Source: an uncultured Methanosarcinales archaeon (GTDB taxonomy: Archaea; Nanobdellota; Nanobdellia; Woesearchaeales; CG1-02-33-12). Taken from it: a DNA stretch of 37,020 bases. The stretch covers positions 1 through 37,020 of the forward strand of contig CAYOHL010000001.1 of NCBI GenBank assembly GCA_964403775.1, in the 5' to 3' direction. Below the pieces are notes generated by a model. The model was not told the origin of the DNA, made no database searches, and was given only the letters and a program-made list of their open reading frames with translations. Below are positions 1 through 8,522 of this stretch, in pieces (position 1 is the stretch's first letter; every line of letters starts with the position of its first letter). Made by a program: the position numbers and the translations under genes.

Positions 1-40
1 ATTGGAATTCCAATCATTTGTCGGATTAATTAACAATGTT

Positions 41-811
41 TCATTTATGAATTTTAAACAGTTCAAGAGTGTCCTGCTCTATAAAATGAAGCTTTCCAGG
101 AACAATAAGGCAATGCACTGGCTCTCCAAAATCCTCTTTTAAAAGCTCATATGCCTTCCCAGCCTTAATGCAGGGCTTTGGTGAGCCAAGCCTTGCACAT
201 CCAACACAAAGCATGCCTTTAGGAAAAACATTTTCCCTTCTTTTGTTTTCTATCTTAAGCAGGTATTCAACAGCATCATTAACGCTTATAAACCTTTTTT
301 CATCAGGCCTTAAATCAAGCAACAACAATGTATGCAGGCCATTTTTTTTGTTTTCTTTGATTACATCATAAGGTGTTTCTGGCTTCCAGTTCTCCTCCTG
401 GAATGGAATGCTTGTTGTTCTGCCGAATTTGTAAAGCTGCAAGCCAGTAACACTAACAGCTGAGAAGACAGATGCATTATGTATAACAATGCATTCAATG
501 CCTGACTTCTCTGCTCTTAACCTTAAGTCAATATGCGTTGTTGCAGACATTGGATCGCCTGCAACAAGAAAGGCAGCATCTCTTGAAAGGGCATTTTTCA
601 ATATTGTTTCTTCTGCTCTTTTCTCAACTATCTCACGAGAAGCTAAAATTATCTTTTTTCCATAAAACCCTTCAAGCTTCTTTAAATTGCATGATAGAAC
701 ACCTGTGTAGTTTTCAAGATAAACAGCATCGCATTTTTTAACTGCTTCCAAACCCCTTAATGAGATATCTTTCTCGTCGTAAAGTCCAAGACCAATAAAA
801 TATAATGCCAT
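41..811 (-). CDS. dphB: Diphthine synthase (diphthamide biosynthesis methyltransferase)
   Basis: N-terminal LYFIGLGL and the VAGDPMSATTH motif are typical of the tetrapyrrole-methylase-fold Dph5 family, and the length fits. The ORF-track start at 820 is TTG; the first ATG is at 811. Confidence 0.9.
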   Translation of the reverse strand: MALYFIGLGLYDEKDISLRGLEAVKKCDAVYLENYTGVLSCNLKKLEGFYGKKIILASREIVEKRAEETILKNALSRDAAFLVAGDPMSATTHIDLRLRAEKSGIECIVIHNASVFSAVSVTGLQLYKFGRTTSIPFQEENWKPETPYDVIKENKKNGLHTLLLLDLRPDEKRFISVNDAVEYLLKIENKRRENVFPKGMLCVGCARLGSPKPCIKAGKAYELLKEDFGEPVHCLIVPGKLHFIEQDTLELFKIHK

Positions 812-940
812 GAAAAACAATAACCTTAATCAGTATAAATATGTTTTTAATTTTCCATAAGAAGTTAAGCATAGCTTTTGGAAAATATATTTTTAAAATT
901 AGAAGTATTTATATATAAGTTAGCGTATTAAAGTAAATAT

Positions 941-1050
941 AACTAAACTTGTTGGCGCAAGTTAATAACTAACTATTCTTTTAATCCAGTTTTAATTAGT
1001 TTTAAGTTTAAATTTTATTTAATTAGTTTTTGGCGCAACTAACTAAACTT
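941..1050. repeat. Cluster of short direct repeats in the dphB/ftsZ divergent intergenic region
   Basis: AACTAAACTT occurs at 941-950 and 1041-1050. TTGGCGCAA occurs at 952-960 and 1030-1038. TTTAATTAGTTTT occurs at 991-1003 and 1018-1030. Confidence 0.6.
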
Positions 1051-1165
1051 TTTCTAAGGAAAATAAAAGCAGAGCTATGATATAAATATTATTGTTTTGG
1101 AATGCTTATATTATAGTATATGTTTTGAGGAGTATATAAAAAATGAAAAAGGGGGTTTTGGAAAA

Positions 1166-2239
1166 ATGGACTTCATCGTAGAGAATGCATTAAAAAACAA
1201 AGAAAAAAACAAATTTCAAGGAATAGAAGTAAAACAGGCAAACATCAAGGTTTTTGGTGCTGGTGGAGCAGGCAACAATATGGTTTCGTGGCTCTACAGA
1301 AAGGGCATTAAAGGAGCTGAGATAATAGCTGCCAATACTGACCAGCAGCATCTTAATATTTCAGAGGCTGATAGAAAAATTCTACTGGGCAAGGATACTA
1401 CTCGCGGCCTTGGATGTGGTGGCTATCCTGAGAAAGGAGCAGAAGCAGCCAAGGAATCAATCCAGGAGATAAAGGATTCCCTTAAGGATGTTGATATGGC
1501 TTTTATATGTGCTGGCATGGGAGGAGGAACTGGAACAGGCTCTGCGCCAGTAATTGCAAAGGTTGCCAGGGAACTAGGTTCAATTGTGATTGGAACAGTT
1601 ACAATGCCTTTCAAGATTGAACGTGCAAGAGTTGACAAGGCAGAGTTTGGCTTGCAGCAGTTAAGAGAGATAACTGACACTGTAATTGTTATTGATAACA
1701 ACCGCTTGGTTCAGATTGCAGGCAATCTTCCAGTAAAGCATGCATTTGCAGTTGCAAACGAGCTAATTGCAACAATGATAAAAGGGATTGTTGAGACAAT
1801 AGCTGTTCCATCCTTGGTTAATCTTGATTATGCAGATGTAAAGGCAATTATGACCAATGGAGATGTTGCAGCAATAGGTGTTGGCTCTTCTGACACAAAG
1901 AACAGGGTTGAAGAGGCTGTTCACGGCGCACTAAACAATCCATTATTAGATATAAGCTATCAAGGAGCAACAGGCGCATTAATCCATATAGCCGGAGGCC
2001 CTGACATGACTCTTGATGAGGTTACAAGGGTTGGAGAGCTTGTAACAGAATCAATGGACCAGGATGCAAATGTTATCTGGGGCGCAAGAATCAGCGAGGA
2101 GATGAAAGGAAAACTCACTGTCATGACCATCATGACTGGTGTTAAATCACCATGGATACTTGGAAAGGCACGCGAAAGGGAAGCAGCTGTTGAGATGCAG
2201 GAAATCAATGATGAGCTCGGCATTGAGATAGTGCAATGA
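1166..2239 (+). CDS. ftsZ: Cell division GTPase FtsZ
   Basis: Carries the tubulin signature GGGTGTGSAPVIA, the GAGGAGNN P-loop region and NLDYADV. The ORF-track start at 1097 is TTG. The ATG at 1166 follows a G-rich SD-like stretch. Confidence 0.95.
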   Translation: MDFIVENALKNKEKNKFQGIEVKQANIKVFGAGGAGNNMVSWLYRKGIKGAEIIAANTDQQHLNISEADRKILLGKDTTRGLGCGGYPEKGAEAAKESIQEIKDSLKDVDMAFICAGMGGGTGTGSAPVIAKVARELGSIVIGTVTMPFKIERARVDKAEFGLQQLREITDTVIVIDNNRLVQIAGNLPVKHAFAVANELIATMIKGIVETIAVPSLVNLDYADVKAIMTNGDVAAIGVGSSDTKNRVEEAVHGALNNPLLDISYQGATGALIHIAGGPDMTLDEVTRVGELVTESMDQDANVIWGARISEEMKGKLTVMTIMTGVKSPWILGKAREREAAVEMQEINDELGIEIVQ

Positions 2240-2264
2240 TGATCACCGTTTAGGTGTTGTTTTC

Positions 2265-2312
2265 TTTGCCTTCATTTTTAATCACCCCCAATCTTTAAGA
2301 ATTGAAGGCAAA
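2265..2312. terminator. Perfect 10-bp stem hairpin between convergent ftsZ and rio
   Basis: TTTGCCTTCA (2265-2274) pairs perfectly with TGAAGGCAAA (2303-2312) around a 28-nt loop. A T-run follows. Confidence 0.5.
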
Positions 2313-2319
2313 ATTTTTT

Positions 2320-2348
2320 CTTCATTGCAGCAATGCAATGAAGTTTTT
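2320..2348. terminator. Perfect 9-bp stem hairpin plus T-tract
   Basis: CTTCATTGC (2320-2328) pairs with GCAATGAAG (2335-2343) around a 6-nt loop, followed by TTTTTATTTTTT. Confidence 0.55.
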
Positions 2349-2359
2349 ATTTTTTAAAA

Positions 2360-3064
2360 TCAGGAAATAATTTTTTTAAACTCCTTTTCGTATTCAAGCT
2401 TTAATCCGTGTTTTATGAAGAACCTGCATATGTTTTTTACATCCCTCTCAATTAATTTATCAGCTCCTGGATTTTTTATCTGGGTTGCATGCGATAAGTC
2501 AATGAAGACAGGATTATTATCATGATTAAGTATGTTAAATTCAGAAAGATCCCCATGCACAAAACCAGCTTTGTAAAACCTTTTTATGTAAGTTTTTATT
2601 TTTTCATAAAATTTTTTTAAGTTTTCAGGAATATTGTCCTTCAGCTTTAATGCAGGTTGGTCTTTGCCTATTAATTCCATTACAAGGATATTCTTCATAA
2701 AGGTTATTGGCTTTGGTGCTTTAACATTAGCTTCCCTTGCCCTGAATAAGTTTCTGTATTCCCTCTGCACCCATGCAAATATTATCTTTCTTCTTTGCTT
2801 TTTCAGGTTAAGAAACCTTTGGTCATTCCTTATATATTCATACATCCTGTTGAAGTCAGCTGCCTCAAGGCGGTATATCTTCAAAACAACATTTCCATTT
2901 TTTCCTTTTGCAGAGAAAACATTTGATTCCTTGCCAATTGATATTGGGCTTAAAGAATCCTCCTCAAAAAGCCCTCTTGAGGAAAGCTCAAAAAGATTGC
3001 GAATAGTGAAGTTGTCAAATACATTTCCAAAGGTCTTGAACTTTTCTTTTGCTGTCTTAGCCAT
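2360..3064 (-). CDS. rio1: RIO1-type serine protein kinase (no N-terminal wHTH)
   Basis: Contains ESNVF...VLKIYR (ATP-binding Lys), the catalytic loop HGDLSEFNIL and the metal-binding IDLSHA. The 234-aa length fits Rio1/RioB. Confidence 0.88.
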   Translation of the reverse strand: MAKTAKEKFKTFGNVFDNFTIRNLFELSSRGLFEEDSLSPISIGKESNVFSAKGKNGNVVLKIYRLEAADFNRMYEYIRNDQRFLNLKKQRRKIIFAWVQREYRNLFRAREANVKAPKPITFMKNILVMELIGKDQPALKLKDNIPENLKKFYEKIKTYIKRFYKAGFVHGDLSEFNILNHDNNPVFIDLSHATQIKNPGADKLIERDVKNICRFFIKHGLKLEYEKEFKKIIS

Positions 3065-3151
3065 TCAAAATGCTTTGTAATATCTGTTTATATAACTTAT
3101 GGATTTAATCAAACAAATAAATTTTTATAATAAATAGTTTTCTTGTTTTTT

Positions 3152-3481
3152 ATGATTAACTGGAATGATTTTGAAAAGATTGATATGCGCGTAGGAACAA
3201 TCATAAGCATAGAGGATTTTCCAAAAGCCAGAAACCCTTCTTACAAGCTTACAATTGACTTTGGCGGGTTTGGAATCAAAAAATCAAGCGCACAGATTAC
3301 AAGACTGTACAAAAAAGAGGATTTGATTAACAGGCAAATAATTGCAGTTGTAAACTTTATGCCAAAGCAGATAGCAGATTTTGTCTCTGAAGTGCTGGTA
3401 TTGGGCATTGTTTTAGACAATAAAGAAGTAGTTCTAATAAAACCAGGCAACAAGGTTAAAAATGGCTTGAGGATAGCCTAA
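3152..3481 (+). CDS. tRNA-binding domain protein (CsaA/EMAP-II-like OB fold)
   Basis: About 110 aa. DMRVGTI...A..P.A...YKLTIDFG...KKSSAQIT matches the CsaA/tRNA_bind pattern. The ORF-track start at 3143 is TTG; the ATG is at 3152. Confidence 0.8.
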   Translation: MINWNDFEKIDMRVGTIISIEDFPKARNPSYKLTIDFGGFGIKKSSAQITRLYKKEDLINRQIIAVVNFMPKQIADFVSEVLVLGIVLDNKEVVLIKPGNKVKNGLRIA

Positions 3482-3846
3482 AACTCTTAAAAACCAAAGA
3501 TTTTTATAGGCCAAATCCATATAATCTTATGTGCAAATAAAGGCCTTTTACAAGCTATAACAAGCAGTTATGCGATGAATTCAAGGTACTCTTGCATAAA
3601 ACAGCCCGTCACGAGAGTACTCAATGGAGCTAACGATAAATTCAAGCAATGAGCTTGGGAGTTAGTGTTTCGGGCAACAAAACATTTAATGTTCATAGAA
3701 AACCGTATAGAGCAAGCTAAGAGCTTTATTCACTATTATCATTCATTTAAGGGGTATTTTTTGAAAAAATAGGAAAAAGACATAGTTTAAGGTCAAATTA
3801 AAAACCATTGAAGCTTGTTCTATGCTAAAGCAAAGAAGGAGTCATC

Positions 3847-3891
3847 ATGTTCATAGATTTATTCATTTTAATAAATCATGGTGTTAGTTAG
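3847..3891 (+). CDS. Candidate 14-aa upstream ORF (MFIDLFILINHGVS) in the dnaG leader
   Basis: AAGGAG (3836-3841) lies 5 nt upstream of the ATG at 3847. Stop is TAG at 3889-3891. It sits between the arms of a 10-bp inverted repeat. Confidence 0.3.
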   Translation: MFIDLFILINHGVS

Positions 3892-3958
3892 CACTACAAA
3901 TTATATTACTCCTTCTTGAACATCGAACAGAATACATAGTACATTGGAGGAAATTAAA

Positions 3959-5203
3959 ATGGCAAAGATAAGTCAAGTATCATCAAAATACATTATTCAC
4001 ACAACAATTGAGATTGAGGGAATTGTTGACAAGCCAGATGTGATTGGAGCAATATTCGGCCAGACAGAAGGCCTTTTGGGAGCAGACCTGGAACTAAGGG
4101 AACTGCAGAGAGGCGGAAGAATAGGAAGAATAGAGGTCAGCTTAGAGATAAAATCAGGCAAAACCACTGGTTCAATAATTATTCCAAGCTCACTGGACAA
4201 GGCAGAGACATCGATAATTGGAGCTGCACTTGAGGTAATCCAGAAAATCGGGCCATGCAATGCAAAAATCAAGGTAAACAATATAGAGGATGTAAGAATT
4301 TCAAAAAGAAAGTTTGTAATAGACAGGGCAAAAGACCTCTTGAAGTCAATGATGGACAATGTCATTCCAGACAGCCAGGAGTTGGCAGATGAGGTTGCAT
4401 ACTCTGTCAGGGTAATGGAAATACAGGAGTATGGAACAGACAGGCTGCCAGCAGGGCCAGCAATAGACGAGTCAGACGAGATAATTATTGTAGAAGGGAG
4501 AGCAGATGTTTTGAACATGCTGAAGCATGGCTTTAAGAATGTGATAGCAGTAAATGGAACATCTGCACCAAAGTCAATAATTGATTTATGCAAAAAGAAA
4601 ACATCAACTCTTTTTGTGGATGGTGACCGCGGCGGGGACCTTATAATAAAGGAAATTACCGGCATGGCAGAAATAGACTATGTTACAAAAGCTCCAGACG
4701 GCAAAGAAGTAGAGGAGATTACAAAAAAGGAAATCCATAAGGCTTTGAGGGGCAGGATTGCAGTTGAGCAGGCAAAGCTTGAGATAAAGGAAAATGACGG
4801 TGCCTTAAAATCAGAAAAACCAGGAATGCAATCAGGACAAAAGCCAAGGTTCAGCCCAAGAAGGCCTGAGCAAGGCAGAAAGACTGAGCCATCAAGGCCG
4901 GTTAAGATATCTGCAGAGGAGAAAAAAGCATTCAAGGATATGCTTGAAGACCTTATTGGAACAAGGGGCGCTTATGTCCTTGACACAAAACTTAATATTC
5001 TTGGAAAAGTGCCAATAACAGAATTGCAGTCAACTATCAAGAGCCTTAAGTCTGGGGTCCATGCAGTTGTTTTTGATGGGTCAATAGACCGTGATTTGGT
5101 CAGGACAGCAGAAAGAACAACTGTTAAATACCTGGTTGCAATGGACTCCAAGATAAAATCAAGTGACACAAGGATAGTTATCCTTACAAGCAATGACTTA
5201 TAA
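3959..5203 (+). CDS. dnaG: Archaeal DnaG-type primase (Toprim domain; exosome-associated)
   Basis: The N-terminal KYIIHTTIEIEGIVDKPDVIGAIFGQTEGLLG block is typical of archaeal DnaG. Toprim motifs IIVEGRADV and FVDGDRGGD are present. GGAGG at 3946-3950 lies 8 nt before the ATG at 3959. Confidence 0.92.
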   Translation: MAKISQVSSKYIIHTTIEIEGIVDKPDVIGAIFGQTEGLLGADLELRELQRGGRIGRIEVSLEIKSGKTTGSIIIPSSLDKAETSIIGAALEVIQKIGPCNAKIKVNNIEDVRISKRKFVIDRAKDLLKSMMDNVIPDSQELADEVAYSVRVMEIQEYGTDRLPAGPAIDESDEIIIVEGRADVLNMLKHGFKNVIAVNGTSAPKSIIDLCKKKTSTLFVDGDRGGDLIIKEITGMAEIDYVTKAPDGKEVEEITKKEIHKALRGRIAVEQAKLEIKENDGALKSEKPGMQSGQKPRFSPRRPEQGRKTEPSRPVKISAEEKKAFKDMLEDLIGTRGAYVLDTKLNILGKVPITELQSTIKSLKSGVHAVVFDGSIDRDLVRTAERTTVKYLVAMDSKIKSSDTRIVILTSNDL

Positions 5204-5288
5204 GTTTTTTATTTTATTTTTAATTAATTTTTATTTCTAATAATTAATATCCAAAAATATTAAAAAATAAAATTAAAGAAATAATTGT

Positions 5289-6497
5289 TTATCCGCATGA
5301 GCCGCTTGAGCTTGATGATGTTGCTGAAAACCCAAATCCCGCTGATGGATTTGTTGAAGAAAGGTTTTCACTGCATTCAGCCGGCTTGTCCTTAAAGCCA
5401 GTGCATACTGCATTAAGCAAGCTTGCAGGACTTCTGCTTACGCTTGCTACAACCCCATTTATAACCAATGATGGAGAGCCTCTTACCCCATATTTCTCAT
5501 TAAGCTCTTTGTCAATATCAAATGGGGGAAAGTTCCCCATCCATGTGCTCTTGTCATTAAGCTTTTCAGTTATCTTGAATTCCTTGTCTACCTGTTGTAT
5601 GCAGCTGTCAAGCTTTCCCTTTAGGCCAACTTCCTCAACACATTCCTGTGTATTTCCTTCTTTAAGGAAGCATTCTAGGTAATCAAGATATTTGTCATTG
5701 TATTCTTTTTGTATGCAGTACTGCAAAGTTTGCTCCTTTAGTTCTATTTCACCATGCATTGCATAATAAACAAACCTTATATTAAAATCAATTTTATCCC
5801 CCAGCAGCCTCAGTACTGGCAGTATTCCCTTCTCTATCTGGGTTCCATAAGGGCAGTGGGACATGACAAATAAATCCACTTCTGGCTTTTCCTTTTTAGG
5901 CATACAAACCCAATTATTCTTGCAGTCAGGGTCATCACAATCAACCAAGCCATCACCATCATTATCCTTTCCATCATCGCATATTGTTTCCATGCATACT
6001 GGGTTAGTCCTGCATGATTCATCCTCGCAGTCTATTTTGCCATTACCATTATCGTCAATTCCATTGTCGCATATTTCCCCGGCAGGATCAAAGCTTGCTC
6101 CAATCCTTAATGACAGGAAATTTCCTTTCTGTTCAAGGTATTTCTCGACCTGGGCATAGTTGCTTTCACCCTGAACCTTTTCATTGAACAATATTGCAGG
6201 AAGAACAGTCAAACCTGCTTCCGAATATATTCTTTTGCCTTCTTCATCCATATAATCTATCTCACTAACAACAAAATCAGGAAATGAACTCTTTAATTGT
6301 GTGATAAGACTTGAAACATTACACTCATTACACCTTTTATCATTCAATACAATTATGTCTGATGAATCAACAACTGAAATATTATTTTTTTGCAGATAAG
6401 TCTTAACTGAGAAAACAACAGCTATTATGACTATTAAAGCCATTATCGCCCAAAGATGCTTCTTTTTTATTTTAAGTACAAAATCCTTTTCTTTCAT
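5289..6497 (-). CDS. Membrane-anchored extracytoplasmic protein: two thioredoxin-like/DsbA-like domains flanking two Cys/Asp-rich metal-binding-like repeats
   Basis: Has an N-terminal TM helix (HLWAIMALIVIIAVVFS), a CNEC motif in the N-terminal domain, and two 26-aa repeats CD(N/D)G.D(D/N)(N/D)G(N/D)G..(I/V)DC(E/D)D..C...N..VC at nt 5904-6071. The C-terminal domain carries SHCPYG. GGAGGT lies 6 nt upstream of the ATG at 6497. Confidence 0.65.
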   Translation of the reverse strand: MKEKDFVLKIKKKHLWAIMALIVIIAVVFSVKTYLQKNNISVVDSSDIIVLNDKRCNECNVSSLITQLKSSFPDFVVSEIDYMDEEGKRIYSEAGLTVLPAILFNEKVQGESNYAQVEKYLEQKGNFLSLRIGASFDPAGEICDNGIDDNGNGKIDCEDESCRTNPVCMETICDDGKDNDGDGLVDCDDPDCKNNWVCMPKKEKPEVDLFVMSHCPYGTQIEKGILPVLRLLGDKIDFNIRFVYYAMHGEIELKEQTLQYCIQKEYNDKYLDYLECFLKEGNTQECVEEVGLKGKLDSCIQQVDKEFKITEKLNDKSTWMGNFPPFDIDKELNEKYGVRGSPSLVINGVVASVSRSPASLLNAVCTGFKDKPAECSENLSSTNPSAGFGFSATSSSSSGSCG

Positions 6498-6507
6498 TTT
6501 AAACCTC

Positions 6508-7833
6508 CTATGCCCGGCATTTGTCTGCAAAATCTTTAAGATCATCAATTGGCATCTCTCCAGTATGCTCTACTCCATCTGGGCAGATAAACTGCGGGAT
6601 ATAACCGGTCATTATATCTGCGAAACACTCATTTAAGATCTTATATGCGTTTGAATCACTGCTTCCAGCCCAGTAAAAATTATAGCCAGTATCCTCTAAC
6701 TCCTTAACTAGTGGCTTCATATTCTGGCAGTGAGGGCATGAGTCAGAGTAAACAAAAATAACTGTGCCTTTTGTTAGCCCATATTTTGTGATGCAATCAT
6801 CATTAATCTCATCCATTTCATCTATTGTTATGGGTGATACTTCCGATGTAAGAGGTGTTTCTTTTTCCCCAAAAATTTTGATATCTGCATTTTCTATTAA
6901 CCTGTTTAGATGATTCATAATTTCCCCATTCTGTTTTTCCTGTTTTAACATTGCTTCTATTTCTTCCATTGCTTCTTCTAGCCCAATTATTGTTTCTGGC
7001 TTTTTGTCCAATAATTTAATAATATGGTAACCATATTGTGTTTTAACAACAGGAGACAATTCTCCAACATCAAGTGCAAAGGCAGCATCTTCAAATTCAG
7101 CTATCATCTGGCCTTTGCTAAAATACCCCAAATCACCGCCCTCTGATGCACTTGGGCATATTGATTTTTCCTTTGCCAGCTCAATGAAATCAGCCCCATC
7201 ATTTAATTGTTTCAATATTTCTTCTGCCTCCTCAGATGACTCAATAAGGATATGCCTTGCCCTAATCTGTTCAGGTATAACAAACTCATTTTTATTGTTT
7301 TCATAATACTCTCTAACTTCAGAACTGCTGACAATTATCTTGGAAAGGACTGTTTTTTCCAGCAGCTTGTTTATTGTCAGCTGTTTTTTATAATAATCTT
7401 CCACAAAATCCATTGTTATATTTTGCTCTTCAAGGGTTTTAGCAAATTCTTCTTTTGAAAGCCCTGATTGGGTTATTACATCATCAATTACCTTTAATAA
7501 CTCCTCTTTTGTTACAGTAATTCCCTGCTTTTTAGCTTCCTGCAGGAGCAATAACTCATTAATAGACTTATTTAGAATCATCTCCTTTGTTATGAACTGC
7601 CTATAGGCTTCTGGAACACTTTCATATTGCTCATTAATGTATTGTGTTGTGATAACCTCATTATTCACAATTGCTGCAGCATCCCCTGAAGGAGCTTTAC
7701 CAAGGTATAAGACAAATGCGCATATAATAATTATGCCAATAACAACCCACGTCATTATGCCAATTGTCAGTTTTTTCCTTTTAGAAGGATTAATACCCCT
7801 TTTCTTCTTTATAGTATGCTTTAGTTTAGCCAT
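6508..7833 (-). CDS. Membrane-anchored PpiC/parvulin peptidyl-prolyl isomerase fused to a C-terminal thioredoxin-like domain (CPHC)
   Basis: Has a TM anchor (TIGIMTWVVIGIIIICAFVLYL) and a SurA/PrsA-like helical region. The parvulin core is RARHILI...GGDLGYFSKGQM...FEDAAFAL...GYHIIKL. The C-terminal segment VIFVYSDSCPHCQNMKP is thioredoxin-like. An alternative GTG start lies at 7854. Confidence 0.8.
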   Translation of the reverse strand: MAKLKHTIKKKRGINPSKRKKLTIGIMTWVVIGIIIICAFVLYLGKAPSGDAAAIVNNEVITTQYINEQYESVPEAYRQFITKEMILNKSINELLLLQEAKKQGITVTKEELLKVIDDVITQSGLSKEEFAKTLEEQNITMDFVEDYYKKQLTINKLLEKTVLSKIIVSSSEVREYYENNKNEFVIPEQIRARHILIESSEEAEEILKQLNDGADFIELAKEKSICPSASEGGDLGYFSKGQMIAEFEDAAFALDVGELSPVVKTQYGYHIIKLLDKKPETIIGLEEAMEEIEAMLKQEKQNGEIMNHLNRLIENADIKIFGEKETPLTSEVSPITIDEMDEINDDCITKYGLTKGTVIFVYSDSCPHCQNMKPLVKELEDTGYNFYWAGSSDSNAYKILNECFADIMTGYIPQFICPDGVEHTGEMPIDDLKDFADKCRA

Positions 7834-7952
7834 CTTACTAACCAAAAAAATCACCCCTTAATTATTTTGGTGAAAAGGCCTTTAAATATAAACCTTTCGA
7901 AAATTCTTTAAACAAAAAGATATAAATACAAAGGTTGATTTTCTGATTCAAA

Positions 7953-8522
7953 ATGGGGAAAAGGCACGAGAAAAAGAATAAAACAGGGATTTGGGTAATT
8001 CTTCTTATTGTAGTTCTTATGCTAACAAGCATTATTGGCTATGTTTTTAAGGGTGGCTCAAGGGAAAGGTATGGTGGTTTCTCATTCTCAATTGGAGAAG
8101 ACCAGAGATGGTACACCAACATCAATGGAAGGCAAATGGCTTTTAGGTATTTCCCAACAGACCTTGAAAGCATTAACTTAAGCAAAGAAATAGCTGATAA
8201 AATAAAAGGCACAAACATGGTTTATTTTACCCACGACCCTGAAAACCCTTATAGCGGGGATATTGCCTTATTGAAGGAAATATTCTGGCCATACTTCCAG
8301 ATTTATGCTGATAACGGGCTTACAGCAGAAAATGCCTTTAATCTGCCAGTAATCAGCTGTGATAATGCAACAATTTCACTGCCAGTGGTTTATTTCAAGG
8401 AGTCAAACCAAACAGGGTTTTACCTTGATAATAACTGTATTACCTGTGAACTAAGGCCAGGAGAGGATTTTACTGCTCTTAAAGAAAGACTATTATACTC
8501 CTTGTTTGGTGTGATGGGGTGA
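7953..8522 (+). CDS. Membrane-anchored hypothetical protein, paralog A
   Basis: One N-terminal TM helix (IWVILLIVVLMLTSIIGYVF). The extracytoplasmic domain has N-x-S/T sequons and conserved Cys residues. It shares the pattern Y.GF.F..W.T...FR..P..E.I.L...KI..YFT...CD.A...C...GED...RL..SL..(V/I)M with the next ORF. Confidence 0.6.
   Translation: MGKRHEKKNKTGIWVILLIVVLMLTSIIGYVFKGGSRERYGGFSFSIGEDQRWYTNINGRQMAFRYFPTDLESINLSKEIADKIKGTNMVYFTHDPENPYSGDIALLKEIFWPYFQIYADNGLTAENAFNLPVISCDNATISLPVVYFKESNQTGFYLDNNCITCELRPGEDFTALKERLLYSLFGVMG

Noticed and set aside
3842-3848. Possible C/D-box sRNA. The minus strand reads ATGATGA, which resembles a C box.
   Set aside because: No CTGA D or D' box occurs at the expected distance downstream on that strand, and there are no terminal complementary ends.
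3997-4665. Long antisense ORFs inside well-supported genes. Examples: 3997-4665 in dnaG, 13153-13659 in lon, 10080-10490 in the K/E-rich region, and 32364-33248 and 33591-34514 in the P-type ATPase.
   Set aside because: Their products are low-complexity Ser/Ile/Phe-rich translations with no motifs. They sit opposite genes with unambiguous family signatures, so they are shadow ORFs typical of purine-rich coding strands.
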